Shown piece by piece: positions 19,401-29,000 of a stretch of DNA of 64,000 bases; positions within the stretch are counted from its first letter, which is position 1, and the number at the start of each line of letters is the position of its first letter. Both the position numbers and the translations under genes were made by a program. The DNA is taken from assembly GCA_946487895.1 (NCBI GenBank), contig CAMLUO010000004.1, positions 9,990 through 73,989 on the forward strand, read 5' to 3'. The notes beneath the pieces were generated by a model, which worked only from the letters and a program-made list of their open reading frames with translations, was not told where the DNA came from and did no database searches. This DNA is from an uncultured Clostridium sp. (GTDB taxonomy: Bacteria > Bacillota > Clostridia > TANB77 > CAG-508).

Positions 19401-21202
19401 ACTTACCATTTTTCCTAGATGTTAAAAATATTTCTGATGAGATACAAAATAATATTATTTTAAATGTATCAGTGCCAGAAGGATTTACATTTGATACAGA
19501 ATTGCTATTCCAAACAGGTGGATATGAATTTGTAGAATACAAAGATAATGTAATAACATTAGAAATACCAACACTAAATGTAGATGAAACTATTAATATA
19601 AGATTAGGATTTCACATTGATGGAATAGATTTGAGCTTAGACAAAAAAGATTTTGATTTCTATTATACAGCGAATATTGGAGATTCTAAATATATATCAA
19701 ATGAAATGTCTAGAACTATATATCAAGGTGAAGCACGTATAACAGCTGTTCAAACTGGAAGTATAGAAGGAGAAGAAGTAGAAGATGGAGACAATTTAAT
19801 ATATACAGTTAGAGTAGAAAATAGAAGCTCACTAAAAAAAGATGTATCAATTTCAGATATGGTTCCTAATGGAGCAGTTATTAATAGTGTAAGAGCAGAA
19901 ATATCTGATATTACAACAGGAGAATTAGTAAAAGAAAAAGAAGTAGAAGCTAATCAATATAATCTAGTAAGTTACGAAACCAAATTAGAAGAAAATCAAC
20001 GTTTGAATTTGATAATTGATACAACAATAGATATAAACCAAATATTTGAAAGCAAGTTGACAAATATAGTAAATATCACAGTTCCAGGACAAGAAGTAAT
20101 CTGTAATGAAGTTACATATACAGTAATCGGAATAGATGATGATGATAATAACAATAATGAACAAGAACAAACTCACGGAATAAAGGGAACAGTATGGTTA
20201 GATGAAAATAAGAATGGAATGAGAGAAGATACTGAAGAATTACTTGATAGTGTAGGTGTAATATTGATAAACGAAGAAACAGGAGAAGTTGCAACAAATG
20301 AAAATGGAGAAGAGTGTGTAACAGTGACAGGAAGTCAAGGAGGGTATGAATTTGAAACTCTTGCACAAGGCAAATATCTTGTAGTATTCAAATATGATAC
20401 ATCAAAATATCTAGTTACCGAATACCAAAAAGACGGTATTAGTGAAAATAGGAATTCAGATGTTATAAGCAAAACAATAACTTTAGACAACCAAGAGCAA
20501 GAAGTAGCAATAACAGGAAGTTTGATATTAGAAGATAGTGATTTAGAAGATATTGACGCAGGATTGATGGAAAGTGACAAATTTGACTTAAAACTTGATA
20601 AATATGTAAGTAAAGTAATTGTACAAAACAGACAAGGAACTAAAGTAACTACTTATCAAAAAGAAAAACTTGCAAAAGTTGAAATAGATGCAAAATCTAT
20701 TTCAAATAGTACAGTCATTATAGAATATCAAATAGAAGTTAAAAATGAGGGTGAAGTACCAGGATATGTTAGTGAGATTGTGGATTATGTACCAAAAGAT
20801 TTGAATTTTAGTTCAGAAATGAACCAAAACTGGTATCAAGGAGTAGATGGAAACTTGTATACTAAAGAATTATCAGACCAGATTATTAATCCTGGAGAGA
20901 CTAAAACTGTTACTCTAACATTGACAAAGTCAATAAATCAAAACAATACTGGAAATATAATAAATTCAGCAGAAATAAATAGGACAAGTAATAACTTATC
21001 ATTAAGTGATATAGACTCAACACCAGGAAATCAAAGTAATAGCGAAGATGACAAGAGCACAGCAGAAGTATTAGTATCAATAAGAACAGGTGAGGTTATA
21101 GGATATACAGCTTTAACACTAACTATTATAGCAATAATAGCTGTAGGAATATATTTTATAAACAAAAAAGTATTAAATCCAGATGAAGAAGATGAAATTT
21201 AG
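16436..21202 (+). CDS. Giant surface protein A2 (1588 aa), paralog of A1
   Basis: Start moved to ATG 16436: SD agggaga 9 nt upstream, and the N-terminus MKRKILKLILVSLLIMLLTMADFILVG aligns with A1. The track GTG at 16400 lies in a 7-bp hairpin (16395-16417). Collinear with A1, including the SdrD-B-like IKGTVWLDENKNGMRED... and DLKLDKYVSKVIVQ terminal domain. Ends VSIRTGE + hydrophobic helix + NKKVLN. Confidence 0.9.
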   Translation: MKRKILKLILVSLLIMLLTMADFILVGYNFVLAVSENLGEQNITSNIQNVEFDVYFKQDNSKIYEKQLNVDVEDTLILYISVKDKGILNDAKIQMNEANFKIVKEKVQNPNIKQINEEANEITLNPIASGNSIEIEIPIKFKKQNSFNANYFEQENIITISGIYKDETEQSVTSQRSLKINWSAETDVNLNQSIEKFIGLGDNGVLLQQNIITTVIDDKLPREQETLEINVPVIEEQKPKEIYALLNGEKVDDTNINYDENTNLLRLQNADFVTTDNQTLWGNAENEYQIIYIYPSEIGEENKTIQLNTTLNTKLFTKDEIQKQDMQEVEISKTGSLVNIEKDINLEQIYKGYLYANTQNEITFTEDEKLNISYTESIENIELDTLENQFVNADGVEFSAGNSISYKGLVVNKANMIEMLGQDGNITIQDENNTVIAVINAATETDENGNINITYTGDLNNLKIIISKPITEGTLTLRHLKSLKGENIYTKEELKSFTALVARSKVIAGLGEEIGEANILLQDTKTDAKITLSNTDLSTLQTNENVQMLITLTSNNEQYDLYKNPYVEIILPKELSVNVKNITQLNKQDELMVVHPTMHKNEAGETIIQMQLQGEQTSFENNINEGVQISIIADISIENTVPSMASQIVINYTNGNREGESFTSQVPITINSKYGVLLVNELSNYNSNGDVLETTDDKVKEGTLDTSSEAKIANQEITILNNYESEITDIELVGRIPENGQDFKLELEDNTLAAGEVSHILSEIEIPGNLDYNQSISIELDLSYNYLGDNLKTSSTMVLKTANGKEEEQQNGNQSSESTEEQEPLSVEVQARTGGEYLKDGESVKEGQGIKYLLKLTNNTEEDMTNIKLTANHTNAIFYDVITYNDGWDSVTYEEDQEYTRIEENEDLKEKVLEIETLAPGESIELNYQFSVKEVIGELEKTSGQILVQADGQEDKTIQTIENPIEQAEIKLQMRNKYNEEYPIATTNDLPFFLDVKNISDEIQNNIILNVSVPEGFTFDTELLFQTGGYEFVEYKDNVITLEIPTLNVDETINIRLGFHIDGIDLSLDKKDFDFYYTANIGDSKYISNEMSRTIYQGEARITAVQTGSIEGEEVEDGDNLIYTVRVENRSSLKKDVSISDMVPNGAVINSVRAEISDITTGELVKEKEVEANQYNLVSYETKLEENQRLNLIIDTTIDINQIFESKLTNIVNITVPGQEVICNEVTYTVIGIDDDDNNNNEQEQTHGIKGTVWLDENKNGMREDTEELLDSVGVILINEETGEVATNENGEECVTVTGSQGGYEFETLAQGKYLVVFKYDTSKYLVTEYQKDGISENRNSDVISKTITLDNQEQEVAITGSLILEDSDLEDIDAGLMESDKFDLKLDKYVSKVIVQNRQGTKVTTYQKEKLAKVEIDAKSISNSTVIIEYQIEVKNEGEVPGYVSEIVDYVPKDLNFSSEMNQNWYQGVDGNLYTKELSDQIINPGETKTVTLTLTKSINQNNTGNIINSAEINRTSNNLSLSDIDSTPGNQSNSEDDKSTAEVLVSIRTGEVIGYTALTLTIIAIIAVGIYFINKKVLNPDEEDEI

Positions 21203-21222
21203 AAGAAAGGAGGTAAAAGCAG

Positions 21223-24200
21223 ATGAAGAAAAAAACATTAGGAATGTTGATTGCATTTATTGTAATGCTGGGAATAACAGCAACAAGTTCAAATGCATAT
21301 ACAATTGGAGAAATAAGAAGAATGGCAGAAGATAATATAGATGCATTCTTAAATACAGATTTTGGTGAATATGCAGATGGTCATACAGATGCAAATATTA
21401 CTGGAAGCAGAGCAGCGTATTGTTTAGATCATATTGATGGAACAATGCCAGGACATAATGGTGGTAATGGAAGCTGGATGAAAATAATGACTATAGATAT
21501 AGCAAATAATTCTATAGATAATGTAAATGGACTAAGTACTAAAGACTCAGTTGGTGCCCAAAGAGGTATGGAAATAGCATATTATGCAATAACTTCATAT
21601 GTGAATAATGAACCATGGGGAAGAACACAAACTAGTCCATATAGAATGATGATGTTATATAAGGCTGGATATTATTCATCTACTTTACAAGCTGCAGGTT
21701 TGTTTGACAGTTCACTTCCAGTTGTAGACTATGATATAGCATTAGATAGATTTGCAGCAGGTAGATCAGAAGAGTTGACTCAAGAAGCAAGAGACTATGT
21801 ATCTTCAACATCATCATTTGACTTTGAAGATAAAAGTAGAGAAGATGTTCAAACAATTGTAGAACAAGATAATTTGATATTTATAGGACCATATAAAATT
21901 TCAAATTCTGGAGCAGGATATATTTCAGACATTACAGTAAGAACAGCAAATGGTAGTATATGTCATGCTGATGGATGGTCAACAAATACTAATTCAAATA
22001 ATGTTAATTGGAATAAAAATTTGCCAAATGGTAGAGAATTTTATTTAGTATTTAGAAATCAAAAACCAGACAGTGCAAAAGAAGTAAAAGTCTATAAAAA
22101 AGTAGATAATGTTTTGCAAGGAAGAATGGTATATTGTGCTTCTGATGGTGGACAAAATATTATGATTTATGGTGGAAAGAAAAATGCTACTGTAGAATAT
22201 GAAATAGAATTACCAGATGTACCATTTAGTTTTATAAAAATAAAAAAACAAGACCAAGATACACAAAATGCATTACAAGGCGTAGGATTTATTGTGTATA
22301 ATCAGGCAGAGAGAAAATGGGTAAAAGATGGAACACCTGCTACATATGTTGATAATATCCAAGATGCAACAGTATATATATCAAATTCAAGAGGAGAAGT
22401 TGATATAAGAAACTTAAGCAAGAGCGGAAATTATGTGATTTATGAAGTAGTTAATCCAAATTTTGGATATGAATATGGTAGTTTTGATAATTTATTCCAA
22501 ATTTCAGAAGCAAATATTTTAGCTGTTGGACAAACTATTAATTTAACAATTAATAATAAGAGAAAATATATTAAATTAAGTGGTTATGTTTGGGAAGATA
22601 TAATTAGTCAAAAGCAATCAATTAGAAATTATTTATATAGACAAGATGAAAATGATGATTTTGATCAATTAATTGCTAATATGACAGTAAGCCTAAGAGA
22701 TGCAAATGGTAACTTACTAAGAGCAGAAGATGGACATGAAATACAACCAAGAAAAACAAATTCTGATGGTAGTTATATGTTCGGAAATTATCTAGCACAA
22801 GGATATGAAAATGAGAAAATATTAATAGAAGATATTATAAATGGTGCATATATTCAATTTGAATATAATGGAATGTGTTATAAATCAATACCATTAAATC
22901 CAAATGCAGATAATGGAAGCAAGGCAACAGATGAAACAAATAGAAATCAATCAGGAGAAAATAATCCATATTTCTATAGTACAAGATATGCGACAGTAAC
23001 AAGTAATGAAGCAACAGATACAGACGGAAGAGTAACAAGTCTAGAATATGATTATGCTAATAATAGAAGTACATTGAAATATTCTAGTAACACATCAAAT
23101 TATATATATGGATATGATGGACAAAGCTACCCAATTGATGGAATAGATAATAAATATAAAACATTTGCAAATACTAAAGATGCAAATAATGGAATTATGG
23201 GTAAAAACCTAACAGCTAATGATATCTATATGAATAGTATGGAAGAAATACCAAATATTAACTTAGGTATAATGCAAAGAGAAATGCCAGATTTAGCAGT
23301 TATGCAAGATATACAAAATGCTAAGGTAACATTAAATGGATATGAACACATATATCAATATTCACAAAGATTTGATACTAATGGAGCATTTAGAGAAAAT
23401 GGAGAAGATGGATTTAATGTTGCAGTTAAATTTGGAGAAAAATACTTAGATAATAGTTATACAAGAGAAATCTATTCATCAGACCTTATATACAATCAAT
23501 CAGAAGAAGGAAATGGAAAACTAGAAGTATATATTACATATAAAATAGCAATTAGAAATGAAGCAACATCTGTATACACTAGATTAAATGAACTAGCAAA
23601 TTACTATGATGATGATTTTGAACTAGTTGCAACAGGATATAGCATAAATGATGCAGGAGACGTTGTAAATACAATTCCAAATAGAGTAGTTGATGGATAT
23701 AACCAAAATGGATATAAAAAATCAATTATCTATGCAGACACAGGAAGAGAAATACCACCAGTTGGTTCTGACCAAAGCAATACAATAGAATTATATGTAC
23801 AATATAAGTTAAATAATGATGCTGTAAATGCAGTATTAAATGAAGATGTAACATTGGCATCAATTACAGAAGTAAGTTCATATTCATCATTTGAAAATGG
23901 ATTTAGCACTGTATATAGTGGAGTAGATAAAGATTCTAGACCAGATTCTATTACACCAAATAATAGAACAACTTATGAAGATGATACAGATTCAGCTCCT
24001 ACATTAGTATTAAAAGCAACTAACACAAGAATAATACAAGGAACTATTTGGGAAGATAATGCAATTCAAGCATTACTAAATGGTACTGGATATGACAAAC
24101 GTAGAGAAGGAGACGGAAGGTATGATGCTTCAAGTGAAAATGTAATAAGAAATGTACAAGTTGAGTTATTAACAGTAAATAGCAATGGTACTTATTCAAC

Positions 24201-25584
24201 AGCGGACTTGTACCAACGAGGCGAACAAGATGCAGTTCCAGCTTTATATCTAACTCAAAGTGATGGTAAATATATATTTGAAGGTGTAATACCAGGGCAA
24301 TATATGCTTAGATATACTTATGGCGATAATAGTTATATTGTTGATATAGATAGTGGAAATGAAACACAAATACAAGCAGAAAAATATAAATCAACAAAAT
24401 ATAGAGATGGAAATAAACAAGAAGCAGAAGACAATAATCTATATTGGTACAGAAATGAAACAGGAAGTGCAACTAGATTATCAGATGCAAGGGATATCTC
24501 AGGAAAATATAGTGATGACTCAAGTATAGAAAACAAAGATAATGTAGACATAGTAGAAAGAAGAACAACTGTAGATACAGTAAACTATGAATATGCAGTT
24601 GAGGATGCTAAGTTAGAAGAAATTACAGCAGAATCTAAACAATTTGATATTAAATTAGATTATGATGTAAATCTAGATAATATAAGCCAATATGGTGCAG
24701 AATTGAAGTTTAATTTTGATAATTTGGATTTTGGTATTATTAGAAGACCATTACAAGAAATGAGAGTTAAAAAGGAAATTTCATATATAGAAGTTACTCT
24801 TGCAAATGGTCAGACACTTATAAAAGGTGATCCAAGAACAGAAGAAATACAAAACTTAAGATTAATACCACAATCAGCAAATTCTCAAGAAGGTCAAACT
24901 GTATATATTGAAGTGGATAATGAAATTATACAAGGAGCAAGCCTAAAAGTAGAATATGAAATAACAGTAGATTTAACAGGATGTGAAGTAGACTATAATA
25001 GCAAGGATTACTATTATTACAATACAGTACCAAATAATTACAGACAACGAGGAGTTTGGAGAATGGCGACTGTAAAAGACTTGTATGATTATGTTCCAAA
25101 TGATTTGAACTATGATGAGGCAAATAATCCTGATTATGGTTGGATATCTATTACAACAGATCAAATAGAAAGTGGTAATCTTTCTCAGGAAGCATTAGAA
25201 GCTTTGATAAGATATAATAAAATATTACATACAGAATATTTTGCCGATATGACACCAGATGTAAATGACAGGATTAAAACAGCTAAATTAAATCTTACAA
25301 GATTATTATCAAATAATGAAATGGATTTCACTTTTGATAATGATATAGAGGTAAATGAAACAACTGGTAGGGTACCAGATGGAAGTACACCAGGAAATTA
25401 TGTGCCTAGTGAAGGTCCAAATGGTGGAGATCCAGATGAGCCTGATGAGTCAACAGTTGAGATTATAATTACTGGACCTACAGGTGCTAATCAAAATTAT
25501 ATGATTTATGGAATTATCGGATTTGTTGTTGTTGTAATATTTAGCATAGGTATTGTCCTAATTAAAAGGATTTTGAAGAAGTAG
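21223..25584 (+). CDS. Giant surface protein B2 (1453 aa), paralog of B1
   Basis: Start 20 nt after A2 stop, SD aaaggagg. Signal peptide ...ATSSNA/YT. SpaA-type FIKIKKQDQDTQNALQGVGFIVYN...GNYVIYEVVNPNFGYE. SdrD-B-like LSGYVWEDIISQKQ.... GVDKDSRPD...TYEDDTD. C-terminus IITGPTGA + hydrophobic stretch + KRILKK. Confidence 0.9.
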   Translation: MKKKTLGMLIAFIVMLGITATSSNAYTIGEIRRMAEDNIDAFLNTDFGEYADGHTDANITGSRAAYCLDHIDGTMPGHNGGNGSWMKIMTIDIANNSIDNVNGLSTKDSVGAQRGMEIAYYAITSYVNNEPWGRTQTSPYRMMMLYKAGYYSSTLQAAGLFDSSLPVVDYDIALDRFAAGRSEELTQEARDYVSSTSSFDFEDKSREDVQTIVEQDNLIFIGPYKISNSGAGYISDITVRTANGSICHADGWSTNTNSNNVNWNKNLPNGREFYLVFRNQKPDSAKEVKVYKKVDNVLQGRMVYCASDGGQNIMIYGGKKNATVEYEIELPDVPFSFIKIKKQDQDTQNALQGVGFIVYNQAERKWVKDGTPATYVDNIQDATVYISNSRGEVDIRNLSKSGNYVIYEVVNPNFGYEYGSFDNLFQISEANILAVGQTINLTINNKRKYIKLSGYVWEDIISQKQSIRNYLYRQDENDDFDQLIANMTVSLRDANGNLLRAEDGHEIQPRKTNSDGSYMFGNYLAQGYENEKILIEDIINGAYIQFEYNGMCYKSIPLNPNADNGSKATDETNRNQSGENNPYFYSTRYATVTSNEATDTDGRVTSLEYDYANNRSTLKYSSNTSNYIYGYDGQSYPIDGIDNKYKTFANTKDANNGIMGKNLTANDIYMNSMEEIPNINLGIMQREMPDLAVMQDIQNAKVTLNGYEHIYQYSQRFDTNGAFRENGEDGFNVAVKFGEKYLDNSYTREIYSSDLIYNQSEEGNGKLEVYITYKIAIRNEATSVYTRLNELANYYDDDFELVATGYSINDAGDVVNTIPNRVVDGYNQNGYKKSIIYADTGREIPPVGSDQSNTIELYVQYKLNNDAVNAVLNEDVTLASITEVSSYSSFENGFSTVYSGVDKDSRPDSITPNNRTTYEDDTDSAPTLVLKATNTRIIQGTIWEDNAIQALLNGTGYDKRREGDGRYDASSENVIRNVQVELLTVNSNGTYSTADLYQRGEQDAVPALYLTQSDGKYIFEGVIPGQYMLRYTYGDNSYIVDIDSGNETQIQAEKYKSTKYRDGNKQEAEDNNLYWYRNETGSATRLSDARDISGKYSDDSSIENKDNVDIVERRTTVDTVNYEYAVEDAKLEEITAESKQFDIKLDYDVNLDNISQYGAELKFNFDNLDFGIIRRPLQEMRVKKEISYIEVTLANGQTLIKGDPRTEEIQNLRLIPQSANSQEGQTVYIEVDNEIIQGASLKVEYEITVDLTGCEVDYNSKDYYYYNTVPNNYRQRGVWRMATVKDLYDYVPNDLNYDEANNPDYGWISITTDQIESGNLSQEALEALIRYNKILHTEYFADMTPDVNDRIKTAKLNLTRLLSNNEMDFTFDNDIEVNETTGRVPDGSTPGNYVPSEGPNGGDPDEPDESTVEIIITGPTGANQNYMIYGIIGFVVVVIFSIGIVLIKRILKK

Positions 25585-25591
25585 AATACAT

Positions 25592-25777
25592 AGCCAAGCT
25601 ATTATATAAAATTTTATTTATTACTCGGCTAACATTACATCATTAAGAAAATTTAAAATTACCCAATAGGCACCTCTCAAAGCGAGTTTGAGATTCTCCT
25701 ATTGGGTAATTTAATATTTTCTAGAATGATTTCATTTGCATTCGTAATTTCATAAAATTTTATATAATAGCTTGGCT
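25592..25777. repeat. 186-nt nested palindromic element E2 (26-nt perfect outer arms, 15-nt inner arms, conserved core)
   Basis: agccaagctattatataaaattttat (25592-25617) is the exact reverse complement of 25752-25777. Inner arms aaattacccaatagg (25656-25670) / cctattgggtaattt (25698-25712). Apical hairpin tctcaaa-gcgag-tttgaga. Followed by TTTTT, 8 nt after the B2 stop, so it probably also terminates cassette 2. Confidence 0.9.
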
Positions 25778-25842
25778 TTTTAAAGATGATTATTCCTACG
25801 CAAATAGATGGTTTGAGGAAAACTAATAAAATAAGTTACAAT

Positions 25843-25871
25843 TTGTAACAAAAATGTAAAATAAATATAAA
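25843..25871 (+). promoter_or_regulatory. Candidate promoter of cassette 3 (TTGTAA-N17-TATAAA) overlapped by a 15-nt perfect palindrome
   Basis: TTGTAA 25843-25848, TATAAA 25866-25871. GTTACAATTTGTAAC (25835-25849) is a perfect 7+1+7 palindrome covering the -35. Confidence 0.4.
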
Positions 25872-26012
25872 AAAAAAGACATTAAATTCCATAAAATTAG
25901 CTTCCCTAGTTAATTAGGAGAAGGTCTTTAGAAAATGGAAAAAACTTCACTTGAATTTGAGAAAAATAGATTGTACCATATAATTAAGAAATATTTTATT
26001 TTGGAGGTCATT

Positions 26013-29000
26013 ATGAAGGGGAAAATAGCAAAAAAAGTAATTATGCTAATTTTTATTTGTATACTAACAATGTTTGACGTTTTTGTGGTTAGTAAACAAA
26101 TAGTTCAAGCAGATGGAGAAGAACAAAGTGAACAAGAAAAAACAGAAATGAGTATTACACAGGGAATAGAAAAATATTTTGAGCTTTCTGAAAATCAAAT
26201 ATTATTGCAACAAAGAATTGATACTTTATTAAATAAAGCTGATAAAGTAAGAAGTTCAGAAAAATTACAAGTTAATGTCCCTGAGATCGGAGAAAGAATA
26301 CCAGATACAGCAATTGTATTATTAAACGGAATAAAGCTTCCAGATAATACATATTTTTATGATGTTCAAAATAGAAGATTAGAGATATCATTAAATAAAG
26401 AAAATGAACTATTTAGTGATAGACAAAATATTTATCAAGTTATTTATACCTATTCAGAATTACCAGTAGAAGAAAAAGTAAATATGGTTTTAAATACAAC
26501 TGTAACAACTAATATAGAAGATGAAGGAGAATTAAATTCAACTAATGAACAAGAAATAGAAACAGAAGTAAAAGGTTCAAATATATCTCTTATGGGAGAT
26601 ATAACTGATGAAGTATATAAAGGATATTTATATCAAGGAACACAATCTCCTACATCATATGCAGTAATGAATAGGATACAAATATCAAATATAGACAATT
26701 TAGATACAGTAACAATAAATAATGTATCTGAAGCTTTTGTGGAGGAAGAAAAAGTTGTAGATTCAAGAACAAATGAAGAGACAACAGTTGAGAATGAAAG
26801 AAATATAGAGCAATTAGTATATTATACATTAACAAGAATTAGTAAAGAAGATATGCTTAGAATATTAGGTGATGATGGAATAATTACTATATATAATCAA
26901 AATGATGAAGTATTAGCAGAGTTTAATAAAGATACACAAGAAGATGAGAATGGAAACTTAGTAATTCAATATAATGGAGAAGATGTAACTAATGTAAGAA
27001 TAGTAATGACTAAACCTGTACAAGAGGGAATAATTGATATTTACCATGATAAAGCAATAAAAGCAAATACTGGATTTTTAAGATCAGATATTGAGAGATT
27101 TGATTACTTAAGAGAAACTATCCAAGCAAATGAAGAAACAATAGTAATGAATATGAAGTTAATAGAACCAACAACGCAATTTGATGTAACTGTAAATAAA
27201 ACAGATTATTCAACAATGAATATGAACAAAGATATAGAAGTTAGTCTTACATTAAAAAATAATTTATCTAATATGAGTTTATATGAAAATCCAGAAATAG
27301 AAATTGTATTTCCAGAAGAAGTTAAAAATTTAGAAATACAAGATCAAGTTAATATACTTTATGATTCAGAGTTAAGTATAAGGGAAAGCTATGTAGAAGG
27401 AAATGTCGTTCATATATTATTAAATGGAGTTCAAACTAATTACAAAGAGATTGGTACACAAATCAATTTAAAAGTAAATATGGAATTTGACAAAACATTA
27501 ACAAATAGAACTTCTGAAATAGTAACAAAAGTAAAAAATAGAGCCGAAGAAATAGAAAATAGAAAAGAAGTTAATATAACATCTCCAAGAGAAATAATTA
27601 CAGTTAATAATATACAAGAGTTAGGTGTTGAAAGTTATGGAGAAGAAAAACAATTAACAACTGAAATAGCAAAAAATGCAGATGAAAAAACTATGCAAGT
27701 TGAGTCTGAAGTAATTAATAATACAGAAAATGCAACATCTGTAAAAATATTAGGAGAATTTCCAACAAATGATAGTCAAAATAATTTAGGGGCAACTATA
27801 AATACACCTGTGCAAGTAGAAGGTGTAAATGCTACTGTTTATTATACTGCAAATGAAAATGCAACAGAAAACCTTGAAGAAGATACAAATGGATGGGTTA
27901 CTGATGTTAATTCAGTAGCTAATGCAAAAAAATATTTAATTACTATAGATGAAATGAATCCAGCTAATAGTGCAAAATTTACATATTCTGCAGCTATTCC
28001 TGCAGACTTAGAATATAACCAAAAAGCAAATGAAGGTTATATAGTATATTATACTGATGCACAATCAAATGTTAGTAATAAAGCAGAAGCAACAGATGTT
28101 TTAATGACAACAGGAGATGGACCTATTGTTGAGGCAGAATTAGTAGCTAAAATTAATGGCAAAGCAATTAATACAGGTGATACTGTAAAAGCTGGAGAAA
28201 AAATAAGCTATGAAGTCAATTTGAAAAATACGGGAACAGCAGATGCAAGTAATATAGCAGTTGATTTAACTATTTCACAATCAAATGATGCTGGAAATGA
28301 TGAAGTAGTAAATTTAAATGTAAAAAGTATTGCACCAAATGAAACTAAAACAGTTAGCTATGAAAAAGAAATTCCTACAGATTTAAGTAGTGAGATTTCT
28401 TTAACAGCTGGTGCTAAGGTTTCTTATGAAGATGAGCAAAAAGATACTAATCAAATGGTTTTAAATGCAGAACCAGCAAAAATTGTTGGTGAAGTTAGTT
28501 GGAATACAGCAAATGATGAATTATATTATAATGATACTGCAGGAATTTTAGTAAATATAACTAATAATACTGATGAGCAACAATCAGGATTAACATTACA
28601 ATGGGATTTACCAGATGGTTTTGAAATAGGAGGACAAAGAATTTTATATCTAAATCAAGACAAAGAAAGTGAAGAATTAGAACCTACGAAAACAGTAAGT
28701 TTAAGAACTTTAGAACCTAGAGAGACAATGACAATTGCTATAACTGTATATACAGAAGAATTTGAAGAAGAAACAAAAATGTTATATGCTTCTGCAACAG
28801 TAAGTAAAGAAGAAGTTTATAGATTAGGGAAAACCAGTGAAAAGGTTGTTCATAATAGAAACAAATTCTTTAGTGTTCAGTTAACAGCAAATGATGAAGA
28901 TGATTATGTACAACCAGGCGAAGAAATTGTATATACAGCTAATATAACAAATGAAAATATTAATGAAGTGAATTTGTATATAACAGATACTATTCCATCA

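Noticed and set aside
25592-25777. E2 as an invertible promoter/terminator switch (cwpV- or flgB-type) controlling cassette 3, since 26-nt perfect inverted repeats flank about 134 bp upstream of a surface-protein operon.
   Set aside because: The interior is itself a nested palindrome, so inversion would change little. A homologous element (E3) sits next to housekeeping genes. No recombinase is nearby. The idea remains testable by looking for both orientations in reads, but it is not supported by this sequence alone.
25935-26012. N-terminal extensions proposed by the ORF track for A3 (25935) and A2 (16400), and likewise for acpS (42762), Fic (46804), spoIIE (35962), the WG-repeat gene (39878) and the 139-aa ORF (60637).
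   Set aside because: In each case a downstream in-frame start has a properly spaced GGAGG-type SD. The extension either overlaps the SD, lies in a terminator or hairpin, or destroys the conserved N-terminal signal seen in paralogs.
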